34,556 nucleotides of DNA from Candidatus Faeciplasma sp. (GTDB taxonomy: Bacteria; Bacillota; Clostridia; Oscillospirales; Ruminococcaceae). Position 1 is the first letter of the stretch; every line of letters starts with the position of its first letter. This document shows, piece after piece, positions 22,221 through 32,235 of this stretch. The stretch lies in contig JAZSPX010000176.1 of NCBI GenBank assembly GCA_045537675.1, positions 1 through 34,556 on the forward strand, written 5' to 3'. The notes under the pieces are model-generated. The model was not told the DNA's origin. It made no database searches and saw nothing but the letters and a program-made list of their open reading frames with translations. A program made the position numbers and the translations under genes.

Positions 22221-22312
22221 CGGCGCAGGCGGGAAAATTTGCCGCCGTGAGCGAGAGCGGAGCCGATGCAGGAGGGGGTTCACAGGGGAACCCGCTTGGG
22301 GTGCCCCCGTAG
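22221..22312. repeat. GC-rich intergenic island D
   Basis: A GC-rich block between two terminators, with the hairpin GGGTTC-acaggg-GAACCC and GGGGG...CCCCC. The 11-mer AGCGGAGCCGA (22256-22266) also occurs at 2957-2967. The CCGATGCAGGAGGG segment weakly resembles island A. Confidence 0.3.
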
Positions 22313-22314
22313 AA

Positions 22315-22346
22315 CAAAAAAAGCCCCACCAAAAAGGTGAGGCTTT
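22315..22346 (-). terminator. Terminator after rplQ (end of the alpha operon)
   Basis: Minus-strand reading: AGCCTCACC-ttttt-GGTGGGGCT followed by TTTTTTT. Confidence 0.85.
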
Positions 22347-22363
22347 AATTTGTTTATATAAGC

Positions 22364-22705
22364 TTATACCAACTGGATGATAGCCATCTCTGCTGCGTCG
22401 CCGCGGCGAGGGCCGATCTTGACAACCTTGGTGTAGCCGCCCTTGCGGTCAGCATACTTAGGTGCGATCTCATCAACGAGCTTCTTAGCAACGTCTTCCT
22501 TTGTGATGTAAGCAAAGATCTGACGCTTGGAGTGGAGGTCGCCAACCTTGCCGAGAGTAATCATCTTCTCAGCCATAGCGGAAACTTCCTTAGCTCTGGT
22601 TACAGTGGTTTCAATCTTACCATTTTCGAGCAGATAGGTAACCATAGCTCTAAGCATTGCTTTTCTCTGGTCACTGGTTCTGCCTAACTTTCTAGTGCCT
22701 GGCAT
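22364..22705 (-). CDS. rplQ: 50S ribosomal protein L17
   Basis: [26 protein letters not shown].. is a canonical L17 N-terminus. 113 aa. Located downstream of rpoA. Confidence 0.97.
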   Translation of the reverse strand: MPGTRKLGRTSDQRKAMLRAMVTYLLENGKIETTVTRAKEVSAMAEKMITLGKVGDLHSKRQIFAYITKEDVAKKLVDEIAPKYADRKGGYTKVVKIGPRRGDAAEMAIIQLV

Positions 22706-22727
22706 AGATATTCACTCCTTACTTTCG

Positions 22728-23684
22728 TTATTCCTCGCTCGAGGTCATTTCGTAGCCCAAGGATCTTAACTTTTCCTTAACTTCGTCGAATGACTTCTTG
22801 CCGAGGTTTCTTACCTTCATCATTTCTTCCTCAGACTTTTCAATCAAGTCGTTGACAGTGTTGATGCCTGCTCTCTTCAAGCAGTTGAACGATCTTACCG
22901 ACAAGTCAAGTTCCTCAATGGTCATCTCAAGGACTTTTTCCTTGCTCTTGGTGTCCTTTTCAGCCAAAATTTCATCAACGCTGGTGTCGTCAGACAAGTT
23001 GATGAACAGGTTCAGATGCTCGTTGAGGAGTTTGGCTGCCATGGAAACAGCTTCTTTAGCGGAAATAACGCCATCTGTCCATACCTCTAACGAGAGTTTA
23101 TCATAGTCGGTGATCTGGCCTACACGGGTGTTTTCAACGGTATAGTTAACCTTTAAAACAGGGGTGTAGATACTGTCTACGGCGATGATGCCTATGGGAG
23201 CATTCTGCATAAGGGACTTGTTCTTTTCAGCAGAAACATAGCCTCTGCCCTTGTCAAGAACGATTTCCATATACAGCTTTGCGTCGGTGTCAAGGGTTGC
23301 AATGTGCATATCGGGAACTAAGATCTCAACCTCAGAGTCAGTCTTAATGTCGCCTGCGGTAACTTCACATTCACCGTCTGCTTCAATATAAACTGTCTTG
23401 GGGCCGTCGCAATAAAGCTTAGCGGTCAAGCCCTTAAGGTTCAAAACGATTTCCGATACGTCTTCCTTGACTCCCGGAATGGTGGATAATTCGTGGTGAA
23501 CACCGTCGATCTTAATAGATGTAACGGCTACACCGGGGAGAGATGAAAGCAATACACGTCTAAGACTGTTGCCAATGGTCGTGCCGTAGCCACGCTCTAA
23601 AGGTTCTAAAACAAACTTACCGTAAGTTCCGTTACTTTTGAGCTCGACTGCTTCTATATCCGGCTTTTCGATTTTTTCAAGCAT
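22728..23684 (-). CDS. rpoA: DNA-directed RNA polymerase subunit alpha
   Basis: [34 protein letters not shown].. is followed by a C-terminal domain. ATG 23684 lies after GGAGG. The 27-codon upstream extension in the ORF track was rejected. Confidence 0.95.
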   Translation of the reverse strand: MLEKIEKPDIEAVELKSNGTYGKFVLEPLERGYGTTIGNSLRRVLLSSLPGVAVTSIKIDGVHHELSTIPGVKEDVSEIVLNLKGLTAKLYCDGPKTVYIEADGECEVTAGDIKTDSEVEILVPDMHIATLDTDAKLYMEIVLDKGRGYVSAEKNKSLMQNAPIGIIAVDSIYTPVLKVNYTVENTRVGQITDYDKLSLEVWTDGVISAKEAVSMAAKLLNEHLNLFINLSDDTSVDEILAEKDTKSKEKVLEMTIEELDLSVRSFNCLKRAGINTVNDLIEKSEEEMMKVRNLGKKSFDEVKEKLRSLGYEMTSSEE

Positions 23685-23732
23685 TTTAGCCTCCATTTCT
23701 TTTGTGGTAATCTTAAGCATTTTACGCATTAA

Positions 23733-23851
23733 GCGCACCGGCATATAAGATTTATGCCGCGCCAAAGATTAGTTGCGCAAAGCGAGTGCCTTACGCCACC
23801 CTCCCGCTTATGTGCAAACCCTGATGTTTTGGCGAGATGCCCCGCCAAAAC
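23733..23851 (-). repeat. GC-rich structured island E in the rpsD-rpoA spacer
   Basis: Hairpins GTTTTGGCG/CGCCAAAAC (23826-23851) and GCGC..GGCATA/TATGCC..GCGC (23733-23762). The minus-strand segment GGGAGGGTGGCGTAAGGC (23788-23805) weakly resembles the A/B/C core. Confidence 0.3.
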
Positions 23852-23902
23852 TCAAGATAAGACGAATGTCTAAATAACAATTTGTAAAACTTAAAGAAAT
23901 TA

Positions 23903-24499
23903 TTACTTAGAGTACAACTCAACGATCATCTGCTCTTCAACTTCATAGTCAAGGTCTTCCTTAACGGGAAGTCTAACTACCTTAGCGCTGAGGTTATCCT
24001 TGTCAAGGTCGAGCCAAGTGGGGATAACTCTGCCGTTGGTTGCTTCTACGATTTCCTTGAACTTAACGCTCTTCTTAGAGTTTTCTCTTAACGAGATAAC
24101 GTCGCCAACCTTGATTCTGTAGGAAGGGATGTCAACTCTTGCGCCGTTAACGTTGAAGTGACCGTGAGAAACGAGCTGTCTGGATTCACGTCTTGTCATG
24201 GAAAGTCCCATTCTGTAAGCTACGTTGTCAAGTCTGCATTCCAAAAGGGTCAACAGGTTCTGACCTGCCTGGCCTTCCATCTTTTCAGCTCTTTCATAAA
24301 TGTGGTAGAACTGCTTTTCGAGTACACCGTAGATGAACTTGAGCTTCTGCTTTTCCTTGAGCTGTCTGCCATATTCGGAAACTTTCTTTCTGGAATTAGC
24401 CTTGGGGTCACGCTTGGTTTCCTTAGCAACACCCATAACCATGGGGCTGATGCCTAATTCCTTACATCTCTTGAGTATAGGTTCTCTGTTGATAGCCAT
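23903..24499 (-). CDS. rpsD: 30S ribosomal protein S4
   Basis: 198 aa. The S4 domain (..[34 protein letters not shown]..) and the operon context support the call. Confidence 0.96.
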   Translation of the reverse strand: [198 protein letters not shown]

Positions 24500-24643
24500 T
24501 ATAATAATCCTCCGTTTTTAAATAAGTATCAGTTTTTAACTGACGCCGAGTAAACTTTTAACTCGGGTGGTTGGTTGTCTTTTCCAAACGTTTAACTGCA
24601 AAGAATCACGAAGTGATTCTTTAATTTTTCGCTTTGCGAAAAA
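24500..24643 (-). promoter_or_regulatory. Structured 144-nt rpsK-rpsD spacer (candidate S4 autoregulatory leader and/or attenuator)
   Basis: The minus-strand reading has consecutive hairpins: TTTTTCGC-aaa-GCGAAAAA, AAGAATCAC-ttc-GTGATTCTT and CGAGT..ACTCG. Confidence 0.4.
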
Positions 24644-25045
24644 TTATACGCGACGACGCTTGGGAGGGCGGCAACCGTTGTGAGGAATGGGAGTAACGTC
24701 CTTGATGAGTCTTACTTCAAGTTCTTCAGACTGCAATGCACGGATGGCTGCTTCACGTCCCTGGCCGGGGCCCTTAACATAAACTTCTACGATCTTAAGA
24801 CCGTGTTCCTTAGCTGCTCTTGCTGCAGTTTCTGCTGCGGACTGAGCTGCGAAAGGAGTGGATTTCTTGGAGCCACGGAAGCCGAGTTCGCCGGCAGAAG
24901 CCCAAGAAATTGCGTTACCCTGCATATCGGTGATGGTAACGATGGTGTTGTTGAAAGTGGACTGGATATGAACCTGTCCCTGTTCGATGTTCTTTCTTTC
25001 TCTACGACGACGAATAACTGTCTTCTTAGCGTTCTTCTGAGCCAT
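24644..25045 (-). CDS. rpsK: 30S ribosomal protein S11
   Basis: ..[32 protein letters not shown].. is canonical S11. Confidence 0.97.
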   Translation of the reverse strand: MAQKNAKKTVIRRRRERKNIEQGQVHIQSTFNNTIVTITDMQGNAISWASAGELGFRGSKKSTPFAAQSAAETAARAAKEHGLKIVEVYVKGPGQGREAAIRALQSEELEVRLIKDVTPIPHNGCRPPKRRRV

Positions 25046-25060
25046 GTTCTATATCCCTCC

Positions 25061-25429
25061 TTACTTCTTCTTATTAGCGATAGTCTTTGCAGGTCCCTTA
25101 CGAGTTCTTGCGTTGGTCTTTGTTCTCTGACCTCTTACGGGCAAGCCTCTGCGGTGACGAACACCACGGTAGCAACCTACTTCAATAAGTCTCTTGATGT
25201 TGAGCTGAACTTCTCTTCTCTTGTCGCCTTCTACCAAAAGGTTCTTATCGATATATTCACGCAACTTGGTTTCATCAGCATCAGAAAGGTCCTTAACTCT
25301 GATATCAGGGTCTACGCCTGTTTCCTTGCAGATTTTTGTTGCGGTCGGCTGACCAATGCCATAGATATAAGTGAGAGCAACTTCGATTCTCTTATCTCTG
25401 GGCAGGTCAATACTTGCTATACGAGCCAT
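25061..25429 (-). CDS. rpsM: 30S ribosomal protein S13
   Basis: [26 protein letters not shown].. is canonical S13. Confidence 0.97.
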   Translation of the reverse strand: MARIASIDLPRDKRIEVALTYIYGIGQPTATKICKETGVDPDIRVKDLSDADETKLREYIDKNLLVEGDKRREVQLNIKRLIEVGCYRGVRHRRGLPVRGQRTKTNARTRKGPAKTIANKKK

Positions 25430-25457
25430 AAATTAGCTGCACCTCCATTAAGTGTTT

Positions 25458-25571
25458 TTATCCCTGACGCTGCTTGTGCTTGGGGTTTGCGCAGATAACC
25501 ATAACCTTACCCTTGCGCTTGATAACCTTACACTTTTCGCACATCGGTTTAACTGAAGGTCTTACTTTCAT
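25458..25571 (-). CDS. rpmJ: 50S ribosomal protein L36 (zinc-ribbon C+ form); absent from the ORF track because it is under 60 aa
   Basis: Manual translation of the reverse strand gives [47 protein letters not shown]. Located between infA and rpsM. Confidence 0.95.
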   Translation of the reverse strand: MKVRPSVKPMCEKCKVIKRKGKVMVICANPKHKQRQG

Positions 25572-25641
25572 TGAAATACCTCCTCGATTACATGAAGCTT
25601 TCGCTTCGGCTGTTGGTTTACTTTTCTTTTAAGGGGAGGGC

Positions 25642-25860
25642 TTACTTGGATCTCCAGGTAATTCTTCCCTTTGTCAAATCATATGGTGACATCTCGACCG
25701 TTACCTTATCTCCGGGTACGATTCGAATGTAGTTCATTCTGAGCTTACCGGAAACGTGGGCGAGAATTTTGTGTCCGTTTGCGAGTTCTACCTGGAACAT
25801 TGCGTTAGGCAAAGCTTCTAAAACGGTGCCTTCGAGTTCGATTACATCTTCCTTTGACAT
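25642..25860 (-). CDS. infA: Translation initiation factor IF-1
   Basis: [47 protein letters not shown].. is canonical IF-1. Confidence 0.97.
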   Translation of the reverse strand: MSKEDVIELEGTVLEALPNAMFQVELANGHKILAHVSGKLRMNYIRIVPGDKVTVEMSPYDLTKGRITWRSK

Positions 25861-25884
25861 TGAATAATCCCTCTTTCTTGGGTA

Positions 25885-26160
25885 TTACATTTCTCGTCGG
25901 GTCGAGCCGACTTCCTTTGGGCCTTGGGTTTTAAGCTCAAAAAGAAGCTTTCTGAGTTTTTTGTTTGTAAGTCCCTGATCGCAAATCACACTGCCTGTCG
26001 GTGAAATGTGTTTAACATTCTTTCGCTTGGGGGCTTCAAGCTTATGAAGCTTGCCGTCTGCTATGTGAATGAAGCGGTCTTCGACCGAAACTGCAACGTA
26101 AATTCGGTCTTGATCTCGGCCTGCAAGCGACTTGACAACAGAGCCTTTGACAATATTCAC
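25885..26160 (-). CDS. KOW-domain RNA-binding protein (conserved small gene between map and infA in Clostridia)
   Basis: GSVVKSLAGRDQDRIYVAV is a KOW-like motif. GTG start at 26160 lies 6 nt after GGAGGA. Confidence 0.75.
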   Translation of the reverse strand: MNIVKGSVVKSLAGRDQDRIYVAVSVEDRFIHIADGKLHKLEAPKRKNVKHISPTGSVICDQGLTNKKLRKLLFELKTQGPKEVGSTRREM

Positions 26161-26172
26161 AAAACGTCCTCC

Positions 26173-26925
26173 TTATTCAGGCTGGGTGAGGATTACCGCA
26201 CCGCCGGACGTAATTGCTATTGTATGCTCGAAATGAGCTGACAGCGACTTGTCGGTTGTTTTAACTGTCCAGCCGTCTGAAAGAATTCTAACGCCTGCCT
26301 TGCCTGCGTTAATCATCGGCTCGATTGCGATGACCATGCCGGGCATAAGGCGGGGGCCGTGACCTGCACGTCCGAAATTCGGAACCTCGGGGTCTTCGTG
26401 GAGTCTTGCTCCGACACCGTGGCCGACAAATTCTCTCACGACTGAGAAGCCTCTGTCTTCATTATACTTCTGAATTGCTGCCGAAATATCGCCGATTCGC
26501 ACACCGGGCTTCGCAATTTCAATCGCAAGCATCAAGCTTTCCTCGGTCGAGGCCATTAAACGCTTTGCTTCGTCGGAAATCTCACCGACTGCAAAGGTTT
26601 TGGCCGAATCTCCGTGGTAGCCGTCAATGTAGGCGCCGACATCGACTGAAACGATATCGCCTTCTTTAAGCTTTTCGCCCGATGAAGGAATACCGTGGAT
26701 TACGGTGTCGTTTACCGAAATGCAAGCACTTGCGGGAAATCCGTTATATCCCAAGAAGGAAGGCTTTGCGCCGTGAGACACAATGTAGTTCTTGATGATT
26801 TTATCAAGCTCAAGTGTGCTCATTCCCGGGCGGATAGCCGCTTTTGCTGCCATTAAGGCGCCGCCTGTAATAAGGCCGGCTTTGCGCATTTTCAGAAGTT
26901 CGTTAGATGTTTTTATTACAATCAT
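26173..26925 (-). CDS. map: Type I methionine aminopeptidase
   Basis: 250 aa with the metal-ligand context (..DIVSVDVGAYIDGYHGDSA.., ..GHGVG.., ..IEPMI.., ..FEHT..). Confidence 0.96.
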   Translation of the reverse strand: MIVIKTSNELLKMRKAGLITGGALMAAKAAIRPGMSTLELDKIIKNYIVSHGAKPSFLGYNGFPASACISVNDTVIHGIPSSGEKLKEGDIVSVDVGAYIDGYHGDSAKTFAVGEISDEAKRLMASTEESLMLAIEIAKPGVRIGDISAAIQKYNEDRGFSVVREFVGHGVGARLHEDPEVPNFGRAGHGPRLMPGMVIAIEPMINAGKAGVRILSDGWTVKTTDKSLSAHFEHTIAITSGGAVILTQPE

Positions 26926-26930
26926 TCAGC

Positions 26931-27563
26931 TTACGCCTCTAAAGCCTCAAGGGTCAAGCGAGATGTATCGCTCACTTCCTCCTGACCGATAACAGTGGTA
27001 AGCTTACCCTGTGCCGAGTAGAAATCTTTTAAGGGTGCTGTTTTTTCGTGATAAACCTTAAGTCTGTCCAAAACAGTAGCAGGTTCATCGTCCTTGCGGA
27101 TAACAACCTTGCCGCCGCAAGCGTTGCAAATCCCCTCTACCTTAGTGGGTTTAAACACAATGTGGTAGGAATTGCCGCATACTTCACAGACTCTTCTGCT
27201 CCAAACACGCTCGGCAATCTTTTCATCGGGAACGTAAATTTCGATGACCTTGTCGATGGTGATGCCCATTCTGTCCAAGGCTTCTGCCTGGGGCACAGTT
27301 CTGGGGAAACCGTCTAAAATAAATCCGTTTTTGCAATCGTCCTGCGCAATTCTGTCCTTCAAGATGCCGATAACGACTTCATCGGGAACGAGTGCGCCGG
27401 ATTCCATATAGCTCTTTGCTTCCAAGCCGCAGGGTGTACCGTTCTTAACAGCCTCACGCAAGATGTTGCCTGTCGAGATAGCGGGGATTCCCTTGGCTGC
27501 GCAAATAACTTCTGCCTGAGTGCCCTTGCCGGCACCGGGAGCTCCTAACAAAATCAGGTTCAT
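26931..27563 (-). CDS. adk: Adenylate kinase (zinc-lid type)
   Basis: MNLILLGAPGAGKGTQAE contains the P-loop. The lid carries CEVC...CNAC. ATG 27563 lies after AAGGAGTGG. Confidence 0.96.
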   Translation of the reverse strand: MNLILLGAPGAGKGTQAEVICAAKGIPAISTGNILREAVKNGTPCGLEAKSYMESGALVPDEVVIGILKDRIAQDDCKNGFILDGFPRTVPQAEALDRMGITIDKVIEIYVPDEKIAERVWSRRVCEVCGNSYHIVFKPTKVEGICNACGGKVVIRKDDEPATVLDRLKVYHEKTAPLKDFYSAQGKLTTVIGQEEVSDTSRLTLEALEA

Positions 27564-27657
27564 AAATTCCACTCCTTTTCAGGGTCCGGCTTAGCGGTCA
27601 AAAGCCGCTTCGCCGAACAATTGTCCGTTGCTATTAAAGCTCTCCTTAAAAAGTGAA

Positions 27658-28950
27658 TTATTCAAGGAAGCCCTTGTGATGACGCATCATAAGCTGAGAT
27701 TCAAGCTGACGTACAGTATCAAGTGCAACGTTTACAACGATGAGGATAGAGGTACCGCCCAAAGCCAAAGAACCGATGCCGGTTACAGCAGCAAAGATGT
27801 TGGGGAGTACTGCTACGAGACCGAGGAACAAAGCGCCTACAAGAATGAGCTTGGAAAGGATTCTTGTAATGTAGTCAGAGGTGGGCTTGCCGGGACGAAG
27901 TCCGGGAACGCCGCCGTTGTTCTGACGCAGGTTGTTAGCGATCTCAACAGGGTTGTACTGCATAGATACGTAGAAGTAGCTGAATGCGATGATGAGAATG
28001 AAGTAAAGAATTACATACACGGGGTGTGTAAAGCTGAACACATTCATGAATCCGTACCAGAAGGTGCCGGGCTCGGGTTCGCCGGTGAACATTACGATTG
28101 TCTGAGGAATAGACATGAAGCTCATTGCGAAGATGATAGGCAAAACGCCTGCCATAGCAATCTTAATGGGCAAGTAAGTGCTCTGTCCGCCGTAAACCTT
28201 GCGGCCAACTACGCGCTTAGCGTACTGAACGGGGATTCTTCTTTCAGCATTATCCATGAAGATAATGAAAGCGATCACCAAGATGAAGATGATGATGATT
28301 ACAGGAACCAAAAGGATCTGTCCGATGCTGCCCGAACCAAGGAGAACGCTGAAGGTTGCACCAAAGGAAGTAGGCAAGTTTGCAACGATACCTGCAAACA
28401 AGAGGATCGAGATGCCGTTGCCGATACCGTTTCTGTCAATTCTGGAACCAAGCCAAATGACAAGCATTGCACCTGCGGTAAGGCAGGAAACGATAACGAT
28501 TCCGGACATAACCATTGAAGCACCGGTAGGATAGATCAATGCGCCCTGATTTTTGATTGTGAGGAAATATGCGAACGACTGGAACAAAGCGATGCCCAAG
28601 GTGGACCACTTTGTAATCTTGTCGATCTTAGCTCTGCCGGCTTCGCCTTCCTTAGCAAGTCTTTCGAGTGCGGGGATAGCGTAGCACAAGAGCTGAATGA
28701 TGATCTGTGCGTTGATGTAGGGCGAGATAGAAAGGCACAAAAGTGTAGCCTTAGAGAAAGTACCGCCCGACAAAACGTTAAGATATGCAAAGATGTTGTT
28801 GCTGTTTCCGACAACATTAAGTGCTGCTACGTTGATGAACGGAACAGGAATGTAACCGCCCAATCTGTAGATTACAACAATTATAAAGGTGAAGAGGAGC
28901 TTTTTTCTTATATCAGCATTTTTAAAGGCGTTCTTTAATGTAGCAAACAT
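27658..28950 (-). CDS. secY: Preprotein translocase subunit SecY
   Basis: 430 aa, 10 TM helices, SecY-like sequence. Its ATG overlaps the rplO stop (TAATG). Confidence 0.97.
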   Translation of the reverse strand: MFATLKNAFKNADIRKKLLFTFIIVVIYRLGGYIPVPFINVAALNVVGNSNNIFAYLNVLSGGTFSKATLLCLSISPYINAQIIIQLLCYAIPALERLAKEGEAGRAKIDKITKWSTLGIALFQSFAYFLTIKNQGALIYPTGASMVMSGIVIVSCLTAGAMLVIWLGSRIDRNGIGNGISILLFAGIVANLPTSFGATFSVLLGSGSIGQILLVPVIIIIFILVIAFIIFMDNAERRIPVQYAKRVVGRKVYGGQSTYLPIKIAMAGVLPIIFAMSFMSIPQTIVMFTGEPEPGTFWYGFMNVFSFTHPVYVILYFILIIAFSYFYVSMQYNPVEIANNLRQNNGGVPGLRPGKPTSDYITRILSKLILVGALFLGLVAVLPNIFAAVTGIGSLALGGTSILIVVNVALDTVRQLESQLMMRHHKGFLE

Positions 28951-29390
28951 TAGATCACCTGTGCCTCTCCGCCTGCCTTCTCAATCTTTTCCTTAGCGGA
29001 AGCGGAGAATGCAGCTGCCTTAACAGTAAGCTTTTTAGTGAGTTCACCGTTACCCAAAATCTTAATACCGTCAGCGGGATCCTTAACGATACCTGCTGCC
29101 ATAAGAAGTTCGGTATCAACTACTGTGCCGTCAACAAACTTTTCCAAAGAGGAAACGTTGATAGCGGTATAATTGGTTGCGAAGATATTGTTGAATCCTC
29201 TCTTAGGGATTCTTCTAGCAAGTCTGGTCTGACCGCCTTCGAAGCCGGGCTTTACGCCGCCGCCCGAACGAGCGTTCTGACCTTTGTGTCCTTTACCTGC
29301 GGTTTTGCCCCAACCCGAGCCGTGGCCTCTGCCAACTCTACGAGCTTCCTTGTTGGAACCCTCTACAGGTGCTAAATCGTGCAATTTCAT
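28950..29390 (-). CDS. rplO: 50S ribosomal protein L15
   Basis: [38 protein letters not shown].. is canonical L15. Confidence 0.97.
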   Translation of the reverse strand: MKLHDLAPVEGSNKEARRVGRGHGSGWGKTAGKGHKGQNARSGGGVKPGFEGGQTRLARRIPKRGFNNIFATNYTAINVSSLEKFVDGTVVDTELLMAAGIVKDPADGIKILGNGELTKKLTVKAAAFSASAKEKIEKAGGEAQVI

Positions 29391-29409
29391 TTATTCGCAC
29401 CTCCTTGTC

Positions 29410-29589
29410 TTATGCTTCGGTAACTTTGATCAGGTGTACGATCTTGTTAATCTTACCTTTGGTGCAAGCGTTATCGGGCTGAACCGTAACGTCACCGATC
29501 TTGCGAAGACCAAGGGAGTTAGCAGTAGCGATCTGGTCCTTGAGTCTGCCGTTAAGGCTCTTAACGAGCTGAATCTTTACAGAAGCCAT
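29410..29589 (-). CDS. rpmD: 50S ribosomal protein L30; absent from the ORF track (59 aa)
   Basis: Manual reverse-strand translation gives [59 protein letters not shown]. Its ATG overlaps the rpsE stop (TAATG). Confidence 0.93.
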   Translation of the reverse strand: MASVKIQLVKSLNGRLKDQIATANSLGLRKIGDVTVQPDNACTKGKINKIVHLIKVTEA

Positions 29590-30104
29590 TACTTATCTCC
29601 TCCTTCTCCCAAGATTTCCTTAACAGTCTTGCCTCTCTTTGCTGCAACTTCTTCAGCAGACTTGAGAGCTGCAAGGCCTGCAAATGTAGCTCTTACAACA
29701 TTGTAAGGATTGTTGGAACGAAGGCACTTCGTTCTGATATCCTTTACGCCAGCAGCTTCCAATACTACACGTACAGGGCCGCCTGCGATGGTACCGGTAC
29801 CCTTTGCAGCAGGTCTCATTAAAACTCTGCCTGCGCCGTAAGCACCGACGATTTCGTGGGGAATGGTTGTTCCCTTAAGTGAAACTTTGATAAGGTTCTT
29901 CTTTGCGTCTTCGATAGCCTTTCTGATAGCATCCGGAACTTCGCCCGACTTGCCGATACCGAAGCCTACTGTGCCGTTTCCGTCACCTACTACAACGAGT
30001 GCAGCGAACTTCATGATACGGCCGCCCTTAACCGTTTTGGATACACGGTTAATCGCAACAACCTTTTCTGTAAGTTCCATGGATGTAGCATCAATTCTTG
30101 CCAT
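29589..30104 (-). CDS. rpsE: 30S ribosomal protein S5
   Basis: ..[39 protein letters not shown].. is canonical S5. Confidence 0.97.
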   Translation of the reverse strand: MARIDATSMELTEKVVAINRVSKTVKGGRIMKFAALVVVGDGNGTVGFGIGKSGEVPDAIRKAIEDAKKNLIKVSLKGTTIPHEIVGAYGAGRVLMRPAAKGTGTIAGGPVRVVLEAAGVKDIRTKCLRSNNPYNVVRATFAGLAALKSAEEVAAKRGKTVKEILGEGGDK

Positions 30105-30118
30105 TGTTTTATCCTCCT

Positions 30119-30478
30119 TTAGAACTTAAGTCCGCCTTCACGTGCGCCGTCAGCAAGTGCCTGAACACGACCGTGATATACATAACCGCCTCTGTCGAAT
30201 ACGACTTCTTCGATTCCCTTTTCCTTGCAAAGCTCAGCGATCATTGCGCCAACCTTCTTTGCGCCTTCGACGTTACCGCCGTTTCCGTCAAATCCTTCGG
30301 ACATGCTGGATGCGGCACAGAGAGTAGTACCGGTAACATCGTCGATCACCTGTGCATAGATGTGCTTTGCAGAGCGGAAAACGTTAAGACGAGGGCACTC
30401 GGCAGTGCCGCTTACCTTTGCACGTACTCTTGCATGTCTGCGAGCGCGTGCTGCTGCTCTGTCAACTAATTTTACCAT
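30119..30478 (-). CDS. rplR: 50S ribosomal protein L18
   Basis: ..[34 protein letters not shown].. is canonical L18. Confidence 0.97.
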   Translation of the reverse strand: MVKLVDRAAARARRHARVRAKVSGTAECPRLNVFRSAKHIYAQVIDDVTGTTLCAASSMSEGFDGNGGNVEGAKKVGAMIAELCKEKGIEEVVFDRGGYVYHGRVQALADGAREGGLKF

Positions 30479-30497
30479 AGTTGTTACACTCCTTTAA

Positions 30498-31049
30498 TTA
30501 CTTCTTGCCGCCCTTGCCGGCCTTACCTTCCTTGCGGATGATAACTTCGCCGTCGTAACGGATACCCTTACCCTTATAAGGTTCGGGAGGACGATGAGAT
30601 CTGATCTCGCAAGCAAACTGACCAACCTGCTGCTTATCAATACCGCTTACTATAATCTGGTTGGGCTGGGGAACTGCGAGGGTGATACCTTCGCATTCAG
30701 ATACGAATACCTGATGAGAGTAACCAAGGTTAAGAACAACTTCCTTACCCTGCTTTGCAGCTCTGTAACCAACACCTTCAATAATAAGGGTCTTGGAATA
30801 ACCGTTTGTTACGCCCTCTACCATGTTAGCAACGAGGGTTCTGGTTAAACCGTGAAGTGCTTTATTTTCGGGCTCATCGTTAGGTCTGCTTACGTTGATA
30901 ACAGCACCTTCCTGAGCAATTGTTAAGTTCGCATTGAACTTCTTTGTAAGAGTTCCCTTGGGGCCCTTAACTGTTACCAAGTTGCCTTCTGCAACGGTAA
31001 CTTCAACGCCTGCAGGAACGCTAATGGGTTTTAAACCAATTCTGGACAT
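30498..31049 (-). CDS. rplF: 50S ribosomal protein L6
   Basis: [27 protein letters not shown].. is canonical L6. Confidence 0.97.
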   Translation of the reverse strand: MSRIGLKPISVPAGVEVTVAEGNLVTVKGPKGTLTKKFNANLTIAQEGAVINVSRPNDEPENKALHGLTRTLVANMVEGVTNGYSKTLIIEGVGYRAAKQGKEVVLNLGYSHQVFVSECEGITLAVPQPNQIIVSGIDKQQVGQFACEIRSHRPPEPYKGKGIRYDGEVIIRKEGKAGKGGKK

Positions 31050-31060
31050 AATTAGCCTCC

Positions 31061-31459
31061 TTACCAGACGAATGCGAGAATTTCACCGCCGACGCCAAGT
31101 TCACGAGCCTTCTTGTCGGTTACGATGCCCTTAGAAGTGGAAACAATCGCAACACCAAGACCCTTCATAACCTTAGGCATATCCTCACAGCTGGAATAGA
31201 TTCTAAGACCGGGCTTAGAAACTCTTCTGATGCCGGAGATTACGGGTGTTCTGTTCTCGTCATATTTGAGAGTGATTCTTATAATACCCTGCTTGCCGTC
31301 TTCAACGACCTGATAACCCTTGATGTAACCTTCATTGAGAAGGATTTCGGTTATAGCCTTTTTGACGTTAGAAGCAGGAACGTCTACTGTAGCATGCTTT
31401 GCCGAACTCGCGTTGCGAATTCTGGTCAACAAGTCAGCTATTGTATCAGTAATCTGCAT
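31061..31459 (-). CDS. rpsH: 30S ribosomal protein S8
   Basis: [22 protein letters not shown].. is canonical S8. Confidence 0.97.
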   Translation of the reverse strand: MQITDTIADLLTRIRNASSAKHATVDVPASNVKKAITEILLNEGYIKGYQVVEDGKQGIIRITLKYDENRTPVISGIRRVSKPGLRIYSSCEDMPKVMKGLGVAIVSTSKGIVTDKKARELGVGGEILAFVW

Positions 31460-31484
31460 ACCGTTTTGCCTCCTTTGCTGAAAT

Positions 31485-31670
31485 TTACCAGCTAGCCTTC
31501 TTGACTCCTGGGATCTGACCGTCGTGTGCTAATTCTCTGAAGCAGATACGGCAAATGCCGAACTTTCTGAGATAAGCGTGGGGTCTTCCGCAGATCTTAC
31601 ATCTGTTGTAAGCACGGGTGGAGTACTTAGGCTCTGCCTGCTGTTTTAAAACCATTGCCTTCTTAGCCAT
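31485..31670 (-). CDS. rpsZ: 30S ribosomal protein S14 type Z (zinc-binding, 61 aa)
   Basis: ..[25 protein letters not shown].. carries CxxC..CxxC. Located in the spc operon. Confidence 0.96.
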   Translation of the reverse strand: MAKKAMVLKQQAEPKYSTRAYNRCKICGRPHAYLRKFGICRICFRELAHDGQIPGVKKASW

Positions 31671-31685
31671 GTGTATTCCTCCTCA

Positions 31686-32225
31686 TTACTTTGCGAAGGG
31701 AGCGCCGAGCAATGCGAGCAGCTCCTTAGCTTCTTCGTCAGTCTTTGCAGTGGTGATGAAGTTGATATCCATACCACGAACCTTGTCTACCTTGTCGAAC
31801 TCGATTTCAGGGAAAATAAGCTGTTCCTTAAGACCGGTCGAATAGTTGCCTCTGCCGTCGAACGAGTTGGGGTTGATGCCCTTGAAGTCACGAACACGGG
31901 GGAACGCAACGTTGAAGAGTCTGTCAACGAATTCGTACATTTTGTCAGCGCGCAAAGTAACCTTTACGCCGATGGGCATACCTTCACGGAGCTTGAAGTT
32001 AGCGACTGACTTCTTTGCCTTACATACGATAGGCTTCTGGCCTGTGATAGCAGCGAGGTCATTGCATACAGCTTCTACAACCTTAGCGTTTTCCTTAGCT
32101 TCGCCGCAGCCAACGTTGATGACTACCTTGTCGAGCTTGGGAATCTGCATAACGTTCTTGTAGCCGAACTTCTTCATAAGTGCAGGAGCTACTTCGCTGA
32201 CGTATTTTTCTTTTAATCTAGCCAT
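31686..32225 (-). CDS. rplE: 50S ribosomal protein L5
   Basis: [31 protein letters not shown].. ATG 32225 lies after AGGAGGAG. The 9-codon ORF-track extension was rejected. Confidence 0.97.
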   Translation of the reverse strand: MARLKEKYVSEVAPALMKKFGYKNVMQIPKLDKVVINVGCGEAKENAKVVEAVCNDLAAITGQKPIVCKAKKSVANFKLREGMPIGVKVTLRADKMYEFVDRLFNVAFPRVRDFKGINPNSFDGRGNYSTGLKEQLIFPEIEFDKVDKVRGMDINFITTAKTDEEAKELLALLGAPFAK

Positions 32226-32235
32226 GTTTCTCCTC

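Noticed and set aside
23685-23765. 27-codon N-terminal extension of rpoA ([27 protein letters not shown])
   Set aside because: It lies in the structured spacer. ATG 23684 is preceded by GGAGG and gives the canonical MLEKIEKP.. RpoA start.
24680-25498. 272-aa ORF on the plus strand
   Set aside because: It is antisense to rpsK, rpsM and the rpmJ region, so it is a shadow ORF of conserved ribosomal genes.
27628-28518. 296-aa ORF on the plus strand
   Set aside because: It is antisense to secY. It has an implausible D/E/H-rich composition and no RBS.
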